From: Elusimicrobiota bacterium
GTDB lineage: Bacteria > Elusimicrobiota > Elusimicrobia > F11
Assembly (NCBI GenBank): GCA_046153645.1
Contig: JBJXGI010000009.1
Coordinates: 1 to 39,951 of the forward strand
DNA length: 39,951 bases
Reading direction: 5' to 3'
Shown here: positions 17,201 through 27,400 of the stretch, in pieces
Numbering within the stretch: position 1 is the stretch's first letter
Layout: every line of letters starts with the position of its first letter
Made by a program: the position numbers and the translations under genes
The notes under the pieces: generated by a model
Database searches by the model: none
The model's input: only the letters and a program-made list of their open reading frames with translations
What the model was told of the DNA's origin: nothing

Positions 17201-20171
17201 TATGCCTGAGATGGTTTCTCGTCGAAGGGGTATTGAAGCACAAAAAATTATGGAATTAGTTACAGATGAAATGGAAAAAGACGCAGGCAGCATTGCTTTT
17301 AGGATTCCGTATACAGATGCCTTGTTAAGAGTTTTAATGTCTGAAATAAAATGGGATGCGGAAGGTTTAAGATCTTATCTTGGCTTATTATTTCAGGCAA
17401 TTACAGAATTTCCAGGAAGAATTTCACCTGAGATTGTTGAAAAATCTAGTGTCGGAGTCGAAAATATTGCTAAGCAATATTTAAAATTATTGCCTAATGC
17501 AGAAATTGAACAAGTTACTTCTTTTTTCTTTTTGATCTCACTAATTCCAGATGCCCAAAAAAGAAAAGAATGGGTAACAAAATTTTATGAAGCTGTGCAA
17601 CATCATGATTATGCACCGGGCATTTTAACAGTCAATATTGCGTCTGAAGAAGGTTCAGGCTTTCTACGCCGTTTTTATGGCGAACTTATAAATCAAAGTA
17701 ATTTTAATTTAGCCATCCAAAATCCAGCTCAATCTCCATTCAATAGAGAAAATTTTTATAGTTATTTAGAAAATTTGATTCGCTTTGAAAGTGAATTTTC
17801 TCCAGAGGCAGCGGCGGCTCTAATAACTTGGGCTCATTTTCACAGGAGTGAAAGTAATTTTAAGCAGATTCAGGATTTTAAAGGTCTTTATCCTTTAATG
17901 TTTTTGAAAATCATTCCATTACTTAGAGAATCCGCTAAAGAGTTTCGTAATGAATTAATCACTGACATTCCTGGGTTAATATTAAACATTTTTTCTTTTG
18001 AGCGATTACTTATTGCTGAATTACACACTCAAATTACTCCACTAAAAGATCCGTGGCAAGAGGTGATTGAACCTCATCGCGCGTACATTGAAACCAATAT
18101 GGCCGAAGCGATGATCGATAGTCCTGTTATAATCGCTCTTATTGAAGCACTGGAAAGCGCAGTGTTATCAAATGCTGAAAATTTGATTTATGCGCATCCC
18201 TACTCTTTTAGGCCACTCTTGCAAATTCTTTCAAATCCAGGTACTTACAAGCAACAATCTTACTCCGATGAAAAAGGTGGATATGAAATAGCTATAGAGG
18301 CCGCAAAAGCCTTACAAAAAATTAGAAATAAAATAAAAGATCAAATGAATCATGAAGCAAATAGTGCCACCATTCGCCTTCGAAAGGAAATAGAAAAGTA
18401 TATAAATGGAAAGAAACTTTCCTTACAACATGAAGGTCTATACCAAGCAAAATGGGAATTAACAATTCTTCAATACTTATTTCACGATCCGCTTTATGAA
18501 AAAATCAGAGGAGAATTTTCATTTCCCTTTAGAATGTCTTATTTCTTAAAAGAAACTCAAAGAGGAAATGCTGATGAACCTCTTCTCATGATCGTTATTG
18601 CAAAAACACTTGCCGACCAACTGCAAAAAAAACTTAAGGGTGTTAATGAGAAAAACTTTTCTAAAAAAATGTCTAAATTAGATCAAGAAGCGCTTGAATT
18701 GTGGCCTTTATTTGCCCAGCTTATACAAGACGCAAAACTGGCGCTTGATAAAATTGAAAATGATCCTGCCCTTGGGAGCAATTTTGATTTATTTAAAACT
18801 CGTATTCAAAATAGGTTAATTGATCAAGCCCGCGCATTACTTAAAGAAATTCGATCTAAAGAAAAAGAAAAAAGTAAAACCAATTCCTATATCAAAAAAA
18901 TGGGTGACCAATTAGAAGCTGCTTTAAAAACACCAACCCCTGGTGCTATCGCCAGTCCAGAAAATATGGCTCTCGCCAAAGAAAAAGGTTTGGGTGCCGT
19001 GGGTTGGAGGGAACACAAAATAGGTATAGTGGGCTTTCTACTTTTCGTTCCTGTTTATATGGGCGTTTATGGACTCTTGATAAACTTAGGTTATCTTTCT
19101 GTGGTTCCGCCAAACATGCAAAACGCTTTGTTTGTTCAGCTTCTTATTTCAACCGCCATCTTCTCAATTGTTTCTTTTTTTACTCTTCTCTACAAACATC
19201 ATAAATACGGCGTCCTCCAAAAAGAGTTAACCCTCACTCAAAATTACCTTTCCGGCACTTGGGTCGCTTGGTCCAGTTTGATGATGAGCGTCATCATCAT
19301 TTTAGGTGCCACTACTTTCGCGATTTTTAACCCGAATTTAATTACTATTCTTACCACAGTCGCTGTTAGTATGTGGGGATACTTTCTCGGAGGTTGGATT
19401 CATAGTAAAAAAAATAGTGGTGCCACCGATTTGATGCTTATTAAACCTGACAGCAGAGTTCAGTCTCTCGCCAAAGAAACCCTTAAATTTCATCGAGAAA
19501 AATTAAATCCAACGAACAAATTGACTACTGAGCAGCATCTTTGGCTCAATGAAGTAACGGTTAATTTGCAGCTTGCACCCACAAATCTCGGTGTTCAAGA
19601 GGCAATGAACAACCCCGCTTATTGGTTGGGAATGGCGCAAGTGGCGGCTTATGCTAAAAAAGAGAAAACTTATGAATTTGAAAATGTGATGAAATCAAGT
19701 TCGGTAAAAAAAATAAAGATAGGTGTTATTCATATTCACACAGATGAAGATTTAGAAGAATTAAAAACTATGACACGTCTTCTCTGGGAAAACCAATTAG
19801 AGGGAGTAGCCGTCATGAATCACAATCCCAAGTTCTTAAATGAAACTCAAGGTATTTTGGCAGGTCTTTCAGAAGAAAAAGCAGTGATATTTAACGTGGA
19901 TGAGTTTTCCAGAAACATAGAAACCGGCTTATATACCTATGACGACGTTTTAAAGCGAGCCGCAGAGCGTGGGCTTTGGACCGCAAAAAAGATTTTGGAT
20001 AAGTCAGCAACGATCGATATTTTGGTGGTCACCCATCAATTGGAACCTTTTGGAGCCAGTGAAAACCTAGTCCAAATGATTCATTTAATCCTCAATTTAG
20101 GCCAAGGCTGGGCCCACATGAGGCTTGAAGAATCTATTAACGCCAGTCACACCGCTCAAAAACACGCCTAA
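14247..20171 (+). CDS. giant modular protein 2 (1974 aa): conserved N-domain, TM module, long alpha-helical (HEAT/ARM-like) region, TM module, C-terminal domain
   Basis: Signal peptide, LWDERK, HIQDVH, ALEGA, GIDD, RDLAMG, GGFH, TPLEKLYRGEKLFLS; TM modules at ~16131-16445 and 18936-19415. Confidence 0.9.
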   Translation: MRRVISVPLIAFIYSFTQVLFPHIAESSLWDERKQASARIKNQQMAFQSYFSPALMPKLNAILPTPIEAYISPIQKKLTPSIQRIFSKIDTRVCRISKTTFPPTSRLFRGVVIHIQDVHQNEEAQKNIASVLTPLMNESVINTLALEGAFNKHDFLVLRRFPQREAIQNAADFLLHEGFISGPVRAYWNLDPSSNVNYAGIDDKELHSKNVQAYLDSCNIKESIVKKLSVIHNSLIQKKSKVFSIDFLKADSVIENFHIGKTSLFEVVNLFHSLGITLTSNLKKFYEASIIEKNLNWNRVEQERSLVLEKIASRLSLDDMNQLRIGSLALQEGQITHRHFYELFSNICLKKGYPLTQYPALETYVKYITLAESINASDLFLEAQKEEKFFYEKYAQTPEEETLIKQSQEERWLKKLVQFELTRSEWERQEKSLSLPLTREEIFPFLSFYESALKRDLAMGENVNKLATSEKESIIALVTGGFHTDGLTSHLTSDGWVVITLTPKLTKIGSTEASSYLSVFASEHTPLEKLYRGEKLFLSGDPKAGEAFMPTLVTGYMFSTGARGSAPTDTFNNLEPTVKAESVSVKPTNDGIEVKLDFDETEIQASITHDQNKKITGFKQKYFHKVLTWSALETLFQVGVIHLIGGFLGWIIAVPVFVVLHYRKPLLHWVKTGIPPTLSFSSGAELLIRFLLAFGFAELILMSHSNGYLYAFTAHVVWNFLSITFFDEWALMTLPQKNALEKLKKAKEKLKNTPSQKNALNVVAAMEGISPGDDIDEAVIELTEFALEFDADIADLNWKIVEQIFNHGLKDNDKSAKSDLMEIINKSQSVLSVKEEPDLHRITINTLKFLSQEEESEWKRDLCVALLRRVIFSIVFSIDIKDNVNAWFQEENEIPKGAESSLADVIAYNAREMNTAFLSDPLNKKILNQWFSLVVMHGNFENAQTMKFLSAIDVPLKLSQKVKDALALELENGVSETRVKLYIRFMPEMVSRRRGIEAQKIMELVTDEMEKDAGSIAFRIPYTDALLRVLMSEIKWDAEGLRSYLGLLFQAITEFPGRISPEIVEKSSVGVENIAKQYLKLLPNAEIEQVTSFFFLISLIPDAQKRKEWVTKFYEAVQHHDYAPGILTVNIASEEGSGFLRRFYGELINQSNFNLAIQNPAQSPFNRENFYSYLENLIRFESEFSPEAAAALITWAHFHRSESNFKQIQDFKGLYPLMFLKIIPLLRESAKEFRNELITDIPGLILNIFSFERLLIAELHTQITPLKDPWQEVIEPHRAYIETNMAEAMIDSPVIIALIEALESAVLSNAENLIYAHPYSFRPLLQILSNPGTYKQQSYSDEKGGYEIAIEAAKALQKIRNKIKDQMNHEANSATIRLRKEIEKYINGKKLSLQHEGLYQAKWELTILQYLFHDPLYEKIRGEFSFPFRMSYFLKETQRGNADEPLLMIVIAKTLADQLQKKLKGVNEKNFSKKMSKLDQEALELWPLFAQLIQDAKLALDKIENDPALGSNFDLFKTRIQNRLIDQARALLKEIRSKEKEKSKTNSYIKKMGDQLEAALKTPTPGAIASPENMALAKEKGLGAVGWREHKIGIVGFLLFVPVYMGVYGLLINLGYLSVVPPNMQNALFVQLLISTAIFSIVSFFTLLYKHHKYGVLQKELTLTQNYLSGTWVAWSSLMMSVIIILGATTFAIFNPNLITILTTVAVSMWGYFLGGWIHSKKNSGATDLMLIKPDSRVQSLAKETLKFHREKLNPTNKLTTEQHLWLNEVTVNLQLAPTNLGVQEAMNNPAYWLGMAQVAAYAKKEKTYEFENVMKSSSVKKIKIGVIHIHTDEDLEELKTMTRLLWENQLEGVAVMNHNPKFLNETQGILAGLSEEKAVIFNVDEFSRNIETGLYTYDDVLKRAAERGLWTAKKILDKSATIDILVVTHQLEPFGASENLVQMIHLILNLGQGWAHMRLEESINASHTAQKHA
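18936..19415 (+). repeat. TM cassette shared with giant gene 1 (copy 2)
   Basis: TPGAIASPEN...KGLGAVGWREH...LLYKHH...SGTWVAWS...GGWIH. Confidence 0.9.
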
Positions 20172-20205
20172 ATTTTGAACCATCAAGTATAGCGCTTCAA
20201 AATAA

Positions 20206-20454
20206 ATGCAGGAAAATTTTGGATTACCAAATAAAAAACTAACCGCTCTATCAACTCGAGTTACTTGGATTCGTACCGCAAAAAATGGATGGGACCCACT
20301 CATCGATTCTGTTGTCCACCTTGGTTCGATTAAAATACCCGTGAGCGAAGTGCTTTCCTATCTTGTCGATTTAGCTCAAAAAGAAGCCGAACTTATTGAT
20401 CTTAAGATGAAGCGAGAGATCAAAACTCTATTTGAAGCCCAACGTGCAGCATAA
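20206..20454 (+). pseudogene. orphan copy of the last 81 codons of giant gene 1 (C-terminal cassette)
   Basis: QENFGLPNKKL...KTLFEAQRAA is nearly identical to the giant 1 C-terminus; no SD; preceded by AGCGCTTCAAAATAAAT, which matches ~13100-13116 of giant 1. Confidence 0.8.
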
Positions 20455-20498
20455 ACCGGCCTGAATTAATAATTCACCTCGTTAATACAACACGATTT
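20209..20498 (+). repeat. 290-bp direct repeat, copy 2
   Basis: Direct alignment with 13209-13498. Confidence 0.95.
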
Positions 20499-20563
20499 AA
20501 TTTCATTAGAATTTAACCCAAACTTATTGTTTTTGTCATGTTAAACCTATATAAATAAGAATC

Positions 20564-23500
20564 ATGAAAAAAGGTTTGTCCGCGCTCTTATCCGTCTTGT
20601 ATTTCGTGACGAATACAGTTTTTTTGTATTCAGCTGAAAGCAATTTTTGGGAAGATCGTCGGCGGTCTGGCCAAAACCAAATAGCATCACTTCCGACTCC
20701 TATCACGAGTAACGTTTCACCCTCGGCCAATTTGATTCGTCACATTCCTTCTTTAAGTAAAACGTTGGGTCCTTCTCTTCAAAAAAATATCCACTCTCTT
20801 GGTGATTCTGTCCCTGAAAAAGTTCGCGGTGTTCTTAATGCCATTCCTGCTCATGCCGCTTCTGTAAAAGAAGTAAGCTTAAAATTAGGAGAGAAGAATT
20901 TTGTTGTACTCATCCAAGATGTTCATATGAATGTGGAAGCTCAAAAAAATATTGTCTCTGTCATAGAAGCATTAAGAAATAAGACAATTGAAAAACCGAT
21001 CTCTGTGGCTGTTGAAGGAACAAATGGGAATTTTGATTTCAGTGATTTTGAAAAATATTTTCATGAAGAAACTCTTCGATCTGTCGCTAATTTTTATTTA
21101 GAAAATAATTTAATGTCCGCTCCCGGTCATTTTGGAATGACATCAAAACCAGGAACAACCCTTGTCACTGGTATTGACGACCCTGCCCATTACCGCGCTA
21201 ATGTAGAGGCCTATAAAACGGCCATGCTTGAGAAAAAGTCAATCACCACCCTCTTTGAAAAAGAACGGCAAGAGTTGATGAATGAAAAATTAAAAATACT
21301 AAACAAAGACCTCCGTCAACTAGATCAACATTTAAATGCTTACCAAGCTGGAAGCCTTTCTTTTGGTGATTACGTTCTTTTCTTGGCAAAACAAAACAGC
21401 ACGCAAGAAAATATGGAATTGGTTGTGGAGCAATTTATCGCCGCTTATGAAATGGAAAAAAGTTTGAATTTTTCAGAAGTGGAACGCCAACGTTCTCATG
21501 TGATAAAAAAACTCTCTGAAATATCAGATAAAAATGACCTCAAAAAACTTTTAGATATAAGCATTGAATATCAAAGTGGAAATATCAGCTACGCTAGTTA
21601 TTACCAATTCGTTAAAGAGTTCATTATTCGATCTGGTATTGATTTGCGCGCTTATCCGGCCTTTGACCAATATATTCGTTATGTGCTTTTGTCAGACGGC
21701 CTTCAAGCTGAAAAACTTTTTCATTCGGTGAACGATTTAGAACGAGCTGTCATTGCGCGTTTATGCCGAACAGAAAAAGAAAAAAACTTAATGGCAAAAT
21801 CGCGACGGCTTGAACTAAAAACGAAATTGCTTGATTTTTCTTTGATTCCAGAAGAATGGAGCGAATATAAAAAAGAGCGATCACCTCTTTTGAAACATTT
21901 TGAAGATTTCTATGAAGAAGCGGATGTTCGTAGTGAGAAAATGGTTGAGAATCTTTTGAAAGGCGTACGTAGTAAAAATAACGACGTACTCGGTACGTCG
22001 TTGCCACGCACGCCTTTCTTTTCTGTTTTTCTTGTTGGCGGTTTTCACACGCCTGAAGTAACGTCCTTACTGAGAAAGCAGCGTATCTCTTATGCGGTCA
22101 TCCAACCTAGAATTACGAAAGTCGATAGTGCTTCTGGTACCGAATATCTTTCTATTTTTTCGCGTGAGAAATCGCCCCTTGATAAAATTTTTGAAGGGAG
22201 AAAACTTTTTCTGGCCCCCGAAGAATTATTGGCCATGCGTCCTATGCCAGAGGGGATGATTGATACCACAAAATTAGGCGCGTTAATCGATTTTCATACA
22301 CTTCAACTAGCAGAAAGGCCTGAATTAGCAGAATTGGTTACAGATGCTTTAACATCAAAAAGAAATGCAGATGGATCTATTACTCATACAACACCTGATG
22401 GAGTTTCTGTTCGAACCCGGATAGATCAAAAAGAACCAAATGATAAAGAACAGGCTCGGCACACAATAAAAACACCTCAAGGAGATAAAACCGTCATTTA
22501 TCTTGGTAGCGGTTTAGGTGCCGTATGGGCGATGCTGAGAGACTTTATTAAGAAAATTCGAACGAAACGTCAGTCTCTTAGAAAAAAAGAAGATGTGGTC
22601 AATATTCAAACAAAGGATCGACCGGAAAGACTTTTACTGATATCCGCCATTGATAAAATAAAATCAGATCCCAATGGCAATGAAAACCAACTCAATCTTC
22701 TTTTGGCTTATTTACATTTATATGACCAGATTGGCGAAGAAAATCCATCCAAGCTTCCAGAGCTTTTAAAAATAGAAGAATTGAATGAAAACGATGTTCT
22801 CACCGATATCAATAAACCGTCAACAGATGTGTTTGTCATTATTGATGGCGAAGTAGGAGCAAGTGATTTTAGGCGAGGGCCGGGTTCTATTGTGGGGGAG
22901 ATGTCACAGTTGACTCAGGGAAAACGCGCATATACTTTGCGTGGACTGACTCCGAAAACAAAGGTCTTGAAAATTCCAGGGGATCAATTTCAAGCATTTA
23001 TTAGTGACAAAAATTCAGAGGTATCAAAAGCATTCTTTCAGCTTGTTCAATCCCGTAAAAATAGCAGTATTTATGATAATGATAAACGTCTTGGTGAAAT
23101 GATTGAAACACTCCGCTCCGGTGGTTATTTTCAATTTATTCCAGAACGTCCTCGTTCTCCTCAAAATAACCGCGAACGTGAGGTTGATGAGGTTTATAAA
23201 AAACTCTTCGCCTTTCTTAGAAAAGTTATTGCCCAACATAACGGCTTGGTTACTTATGAGATGGGACAAATAATAAATCCCACTGGTGAACGAAAAATGA
23301 AAATTATTCTCAGTGGCCAAGCGCAGTGGGTGTCGACTCCGGCCATTGAAGATGAAGCCATTCCTGAAATTGATGGCGCTATGTTTGGGCGAGGTAGTAT
23401 TTTGGGAGCCCGTGAAGTTGCACACAAAAAGGAGCGCAAGGCTATTTATAAAGCGGTAGAACCCGTTCAAACCATCGAATTTAATGAAGATGATTACGCC

Positions 23501-24439
23501 CAATTAATTCTGATTACTTCTCTTTTTTCTGAATCGGAAATTCCATTAACGGATGAGAATGTCAAACGTCTCACCAAATTGGGAATTATTCAGAAAACAA
23601 ATGAATCAAATGATCTTCTTACAGTTCTACCCATTACTGAATTTATTAGGGGGGAACGTGCCATTTCTCAGCCAATACGGTTGTCTGGGTGGTGGCCACG
23701 CTTTATTCGGATGCTCTTTGATATTTTTATGACCCGCTTTATTTATAAAAACGGAGTTCTTGAAACCGAAGTAAAAGAATGGAAACAACGGTTAAATGGA
23801 TCCTCTTTTGTCATTCGAAAAGAGGGAAAATGGATGGCTGTTGAACATCCTCTCGAGATGAGTATTCGAAATACCACTGAAAGTTTTTCGCTATTCCAAG
23901 ATAGAGTGGAACAAATATCTGACAGCGAAGTTTTAGCGCTCACACAGAACACGTCAAGAATCTCATCGTCTAAATTAAGTTCAGTATTTCTACCAGACGA
24001 CATTTACTTCTTTCGTCGAAATCCCTCTCAAGCAGGATCACTGACGGTACTACTTAATTTTCAAGCTCCCACAGGTGAAATAGAAGAAAAGACCATCGAA
24101 TTAAGTAAAGGTGGCACCCTAGATCCAGCCATATTAAGCGCTCAGTTCTCAGATTTTTTACCGGGTGCCATTCTTAAATCTATCCGATTTAAAAATGTTG
24201 AAGGATGGAGTCTTTATAAGCTGGATGTTTCTAATTACCGCCGGCAAGTTAAAAATTCTGTTTCTTACAGTATGAGAGAAACTCTCTATCAACTAAAGGC
24301 TGCGAATTTTGAAATTTCTGATAGTGACGCCAAACAAATTGAAATAATCTTAACGGAAACTGAAGAAGCGTTAAATAAAAAAAAACATCAGAAACCAAGA
24401 GAAGCCAGCCACAATGTTAAGTTTCGACAACCGTTATGA
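20564..24439 (+). CDS. giant modular protein 3, N-terminal part: conserved N-domain plus two cNMP-binding domains
   Basis: Signal peptide, FWEDRR, LIQDVH, AVEG, GIDD, GGFH; cNMP motifs VFVIIDGEV...GSIVGEMS...RAYT (~22760-23010) and IILSGQA...GSILGARE...RKAIYKA (~23240-23515). Confidence 0.88.
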   Translation: MKKGLSALLSVLYFVTNTVFLYSAESNFWEDRRRSGQNQIASLPTPITSNVSPSANLIRHIPSLSKTLGPSLQKNIHSLGDSVPEKVRGVLNAIPAHAASVKEVSLKLGEKNFVVLIQDVHMNVEAQKNIVSVIEALRNKTIEKPISVAVEGTNGNFDFSDFEKYFHEETLRSVANFYLENNLMSAPGHFGMTSKPGTTLVTGIDDPAHYRANVEAYKTAMLEKKSITTLFEKERQELMNEKLKILNKDLRQLDQHLNAYQAGSLSFGDYVLFLAKQNSTQENMELVVEQFIAAYEMEKSLNFSEVERQRSHVIKKLSEISDKNDLKKLLDISIEYQSGNISYASYYQFVKEFIIRSGIDLRAYPAFDQYIRYVLLSDGLQAEKLFHSVNDLERAVIARLCRTEKEKNLMAKSRRLELKTKLLDFSLIPEEWSEYKKERSPLLKHFEDFYEEADVRSEKMVENLLKGVRSKNNDVLGTSLPRTPFFSVFLVGGFHTPEVTSLLRKQRISYAVIQPRITKVDSASGTEYLSIFSREKSPLDKIFEGRKLFLAPEELLAMRPMPEGMIDTTKLGALIDFHTLQLAERPELAELVTDALTSKRNADGSITHTTPDGVSVRTRIDQKEPNDKEQARHTIKTPQGDKTVIYLGSGLGAVWAMLRDFIKKIRTKRQSLRKKEDVVNIQTKDRPERLLLISAIDKIKSDPNGNENQLNLLLAYLHLYDQIGEENPSKLPELLKIEELNENDVLTDINKPSTDVFVIIDGEVGASDFRRGPGSIVGEMSQLTQGKRAYTLRGLTPKTKVLKIPGDQFQAFISDKNSEVSKAFFQLVQSRKNSSIYDNDKRLGEMIETLRSGGYFQFIPERPRSPQNNREREVDEVYKKLFAFLRKVIAQHNGLVTYEMGQIINPTGERKMKIILSGQAQWVSTPAIEDEAIPEIDGAMFGRGSILGAREVAHKKERKAIYKAVEPVQTIEFNEDDYAQLILITSLFSESEIPLTDENVKRLTKLGIIQKTNESNDLLTVLPITEFIRGERAISQPIRLSGWWPRFIRMLFDIFMTRFIYKNGVLETEVKEWKQRLNGSSFVIRKEGKWMAVEHPLEMSIRNTTESFSLFQDRVEQISDSEVLALTQNTSRISSSKLSSVFLPDDIYFFRRNPSQAGSLTVLLNFQAPTGEIEEKTIELSKGGTLDPAILSAQFSDFLPGAILKSIRFKNVEGWSLYKLDVSNYRRQVKNSVSYSMRETLYQLKAANFEISDSDAKQIEIILTETEEALNKKKHQKPREASHNVKFRQPL
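24377..24385 (+). repeat. A9 homopolymer at the frameshift joining the two halves of giant gene 3
   Basis: The downstream frame opens at 24375 (after TAA at 24372-24374); removing one A gives ...ALNKKNIRNQEKPATMLSFDN..., a single 2633-aa ORF. Confidence 0.85.
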
Positions 24440-27400
24440 TGTATTTCAATTGGTGTCGCAATGGACGCTGCGAATGAAAATTTCTTCTAATTCTAAATTG
24501 GAGCCCATCAATATAACAGCACTGGCTCTTACATTGCAGCGTTACTTGGAAAAAAAACAGGCGTTAGCCGAATTAAAAGAAAATTCATTATTGTCAGAGT
24601 TAATCAGAAAAAATCCAGTGTCGGAAGATTTACGCACAATGGCTCGTACCGTCGTTGCTGGATACGGAAAGGTCAAAAATGGGGGTGTTAATAATGAGAC
24701 GACCCTCCAATTGTCATCGCTGAGAAATTACCGTGATGGAAAATTCTTTGCTCATGCCGGGCGATTGGCTCAATTATCACGAAGAGTGGCGAAGTCTCTT
24801 ATTTATGTTCCTCTGCGGTCTCGAAAGGGAGACAAAAAAAACAAAATAGGCCGAGTGGAATTGCCTTCATTTAAAAATTTTGACAAAGATTTTACTGTTA
24901 TTCCCGACGTTCATGAAAATATTTATGGGCTGCTTCATACGTTAGAATCATCAGGTTGGATTGATGCGGAAGGGAAATTAATCACCAATGGAAATGCGGG
25001 AAAAATACTCATACAAATGGGTGATAATATTAACCGCAATGTCAGTGCCAATGGTTTGGCTGTCCTACAATTGTGGGCGCGTTTGTGGCAACAAGCGAAA
25101 GAGTTTAATGATGCAACTGATGACCCCACTCAACATATCCAAATTCACACTCTTTTAGGAAATCATGAACTCGATTTATTGAAATGGGAGAGCCAACAAT
25201 TAGATACCAACTTCACAACCGCTGAATCGCGCTCTATTGCTGAACGCGCGCGCGATTTACTTCAGCAGATGGTGCGTTCTGGCGCTTTGCTAGGCGCTTT
25301 TTATTTAGGAAATCCAGATCTCGCCGCCGAAAAGAAAACAGGGGCACTGTTGGTACACGCAGGAATTTTGCCGGATGTTCTTAGTCGAATGAAACAAGAA
25401 ATAGGAAGCGCCAATGTCACCGGCGTTGAAATGGCTTCTTATATTAATCAGGAACTCATCAAAGCCATTGGAGATGAAAACCCCTCGGGTTATTCACAAG
25501 CCGTTTTCAATCATTTTTTATTTTCAAAATCAGCGGGCCGATCTAAAAAAGAAGGTCCCATTGTTTCCTCTGACCCATCCGGACCTTTTGAGGCAGAATT
25601 CAGTCCGCGCAAAGAAGGTGACTCATTTGAACAATTTAGAAAATTAGGGATCATCGATGGCGACGGGAAAAAACTTCTCACCGATGAAGAGATCATTGCC
25701 AAACTTGAAGATCTGTATGGCGGCCTTTTAATTTGGGTGGGGCATAATTTTTATTCAGAAGATAATATCGGTATTCGACATGCCGATACCAGCGGTATTA
25801 TTCTTCCTGCTGTTTTGATTTTAGATGGTGGTGACGGGCAAGTAGGTAAAGAATTTAATGAAGAAACACAGACGGCGGTTATTCGGCGCGGTCAGGAAAC
25901 ATTTCAAATATATGTGGAAACCGAAGAAAAGAAAAAAAAGCCAAGTTCTCTCCAGGAACGTGGAAAATGGATAAAAGATATTGGAAGTGGAATTTTACCA
26001 CGAGAGGCGGTGGCTTTTTTAGACCAACGGCAGCAGCGTTCTACACGCGCGAATAATAATTTACCTGTCGGTCAAGTGGCAAATGATCAAGCCGAACGAA
26101 TCTCTTTATTAGATGAAATCCTAAATAAAGATGGCCAAAAAGTAAACACTCGAACAGTGGCTTTAATCGCCAATAAAAGTCAACAGATTCAATCTAAAAA
26201 AGGCCAACACGTCGGTTCGAGTAATGATTATGTATTCGCCCTGAAAGGAGAATTTACGGGTAACCTAAGACCTGGACAATTTCTTCCTGAAGGCACTTTG
26301 GTGGAGTCCGATTCTGCTTTAGTCCTTTTGATTGACAAAAAAATATTTGAAGAGACCTTAGAAAATAACGCCGGCTTCCAAAATTTCATGAAGGAACAAG
26401 GTGTCCCCAGTCTTACCACTCCCAGCACGCTCCGAATCGGCCGTTGGTTTTACCGACAGTTGGGGTTGACCCGCACGGATGACGAAATTCGGACCGAATT
26501 TGCGCCGGTGTTTGAGGTGTTGTGGTTTTTTGGGATGATTCTTTTTCCGCCGCTCATTTATGTTTTCTACCGAGCGCATTTAACAAAGCCGTCATCCCCG
26601 AATGTCTCTATCGGGGATCTAGATCGTCATTGGTTGCAAAAGGGAGTGGCGCTTGTTTACGGGGTGCCTCTTTTATTCGTCTACACCCTCACCGCGCTCT
26701 TGTTTCATTTCTCATCGCATGAAAACTTTTTAACTTTTGTTCAAGACTCGCTCCCACTCCTCTTCGTCATCATCGGCCTGGCCACACTGATGAATTTCCG
26801 CATGCATAAAATATTCAATATCAACTCCGTTAAACAAGGGAAGCCGGCACTCACGACGAGAAATAGTAATAACGAATCACCAAACGTGTTAAATATTCCA
26901 GCTATGCCAGAGAATCTAGCAACAATGAATCTTGAAGCTTTTATATATGATAACGCTGTTGAATTTTTCAAATTGTCAGGCAAAATAATTGTTGGGGATA
27001 AAGAAGATTCTGAAACAGTCAAGTTTTTGGGTAAAGGATTGACTGGAACCGTTTTCCGTTTACAAATTCAAGAGTCCGATGGGCAAAAAAGATATGTGGC
27101 CGTTAAAGTAGCCAGCTCTGAACGGTTTCAATTTGATGTCATTAATTTTGAGGCCTTGGGAAAAGATATTCAAATATTTACTGATTTATATGCGGGGTCG
27201 CAAACCTATGAATCTGAGATTCCGGACGTTTTATATCTGCGATATTATGGAAAAGTACAACTAAAAAATGAATCAGAAGAAAAACCTCTTATGATTTTTA
27301 TGGAATTTGCGGAGGGATTGCCACTCAATGAATTGCAGCCGATTATAGAAGATAAAGCGTTGTCTATTGCTCAAAACACTCTCAAAGCCATCATTTCGAA

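Noticed and set aside
13209..20498. DGR template/variable repeat pair at a gene 3' end
   Set aside because: The 14 mismatches are mixed (C/T, T/G, A/G, T/A, G/C) and not adenine-specific on either strand; no reverse transcriptase in the window.
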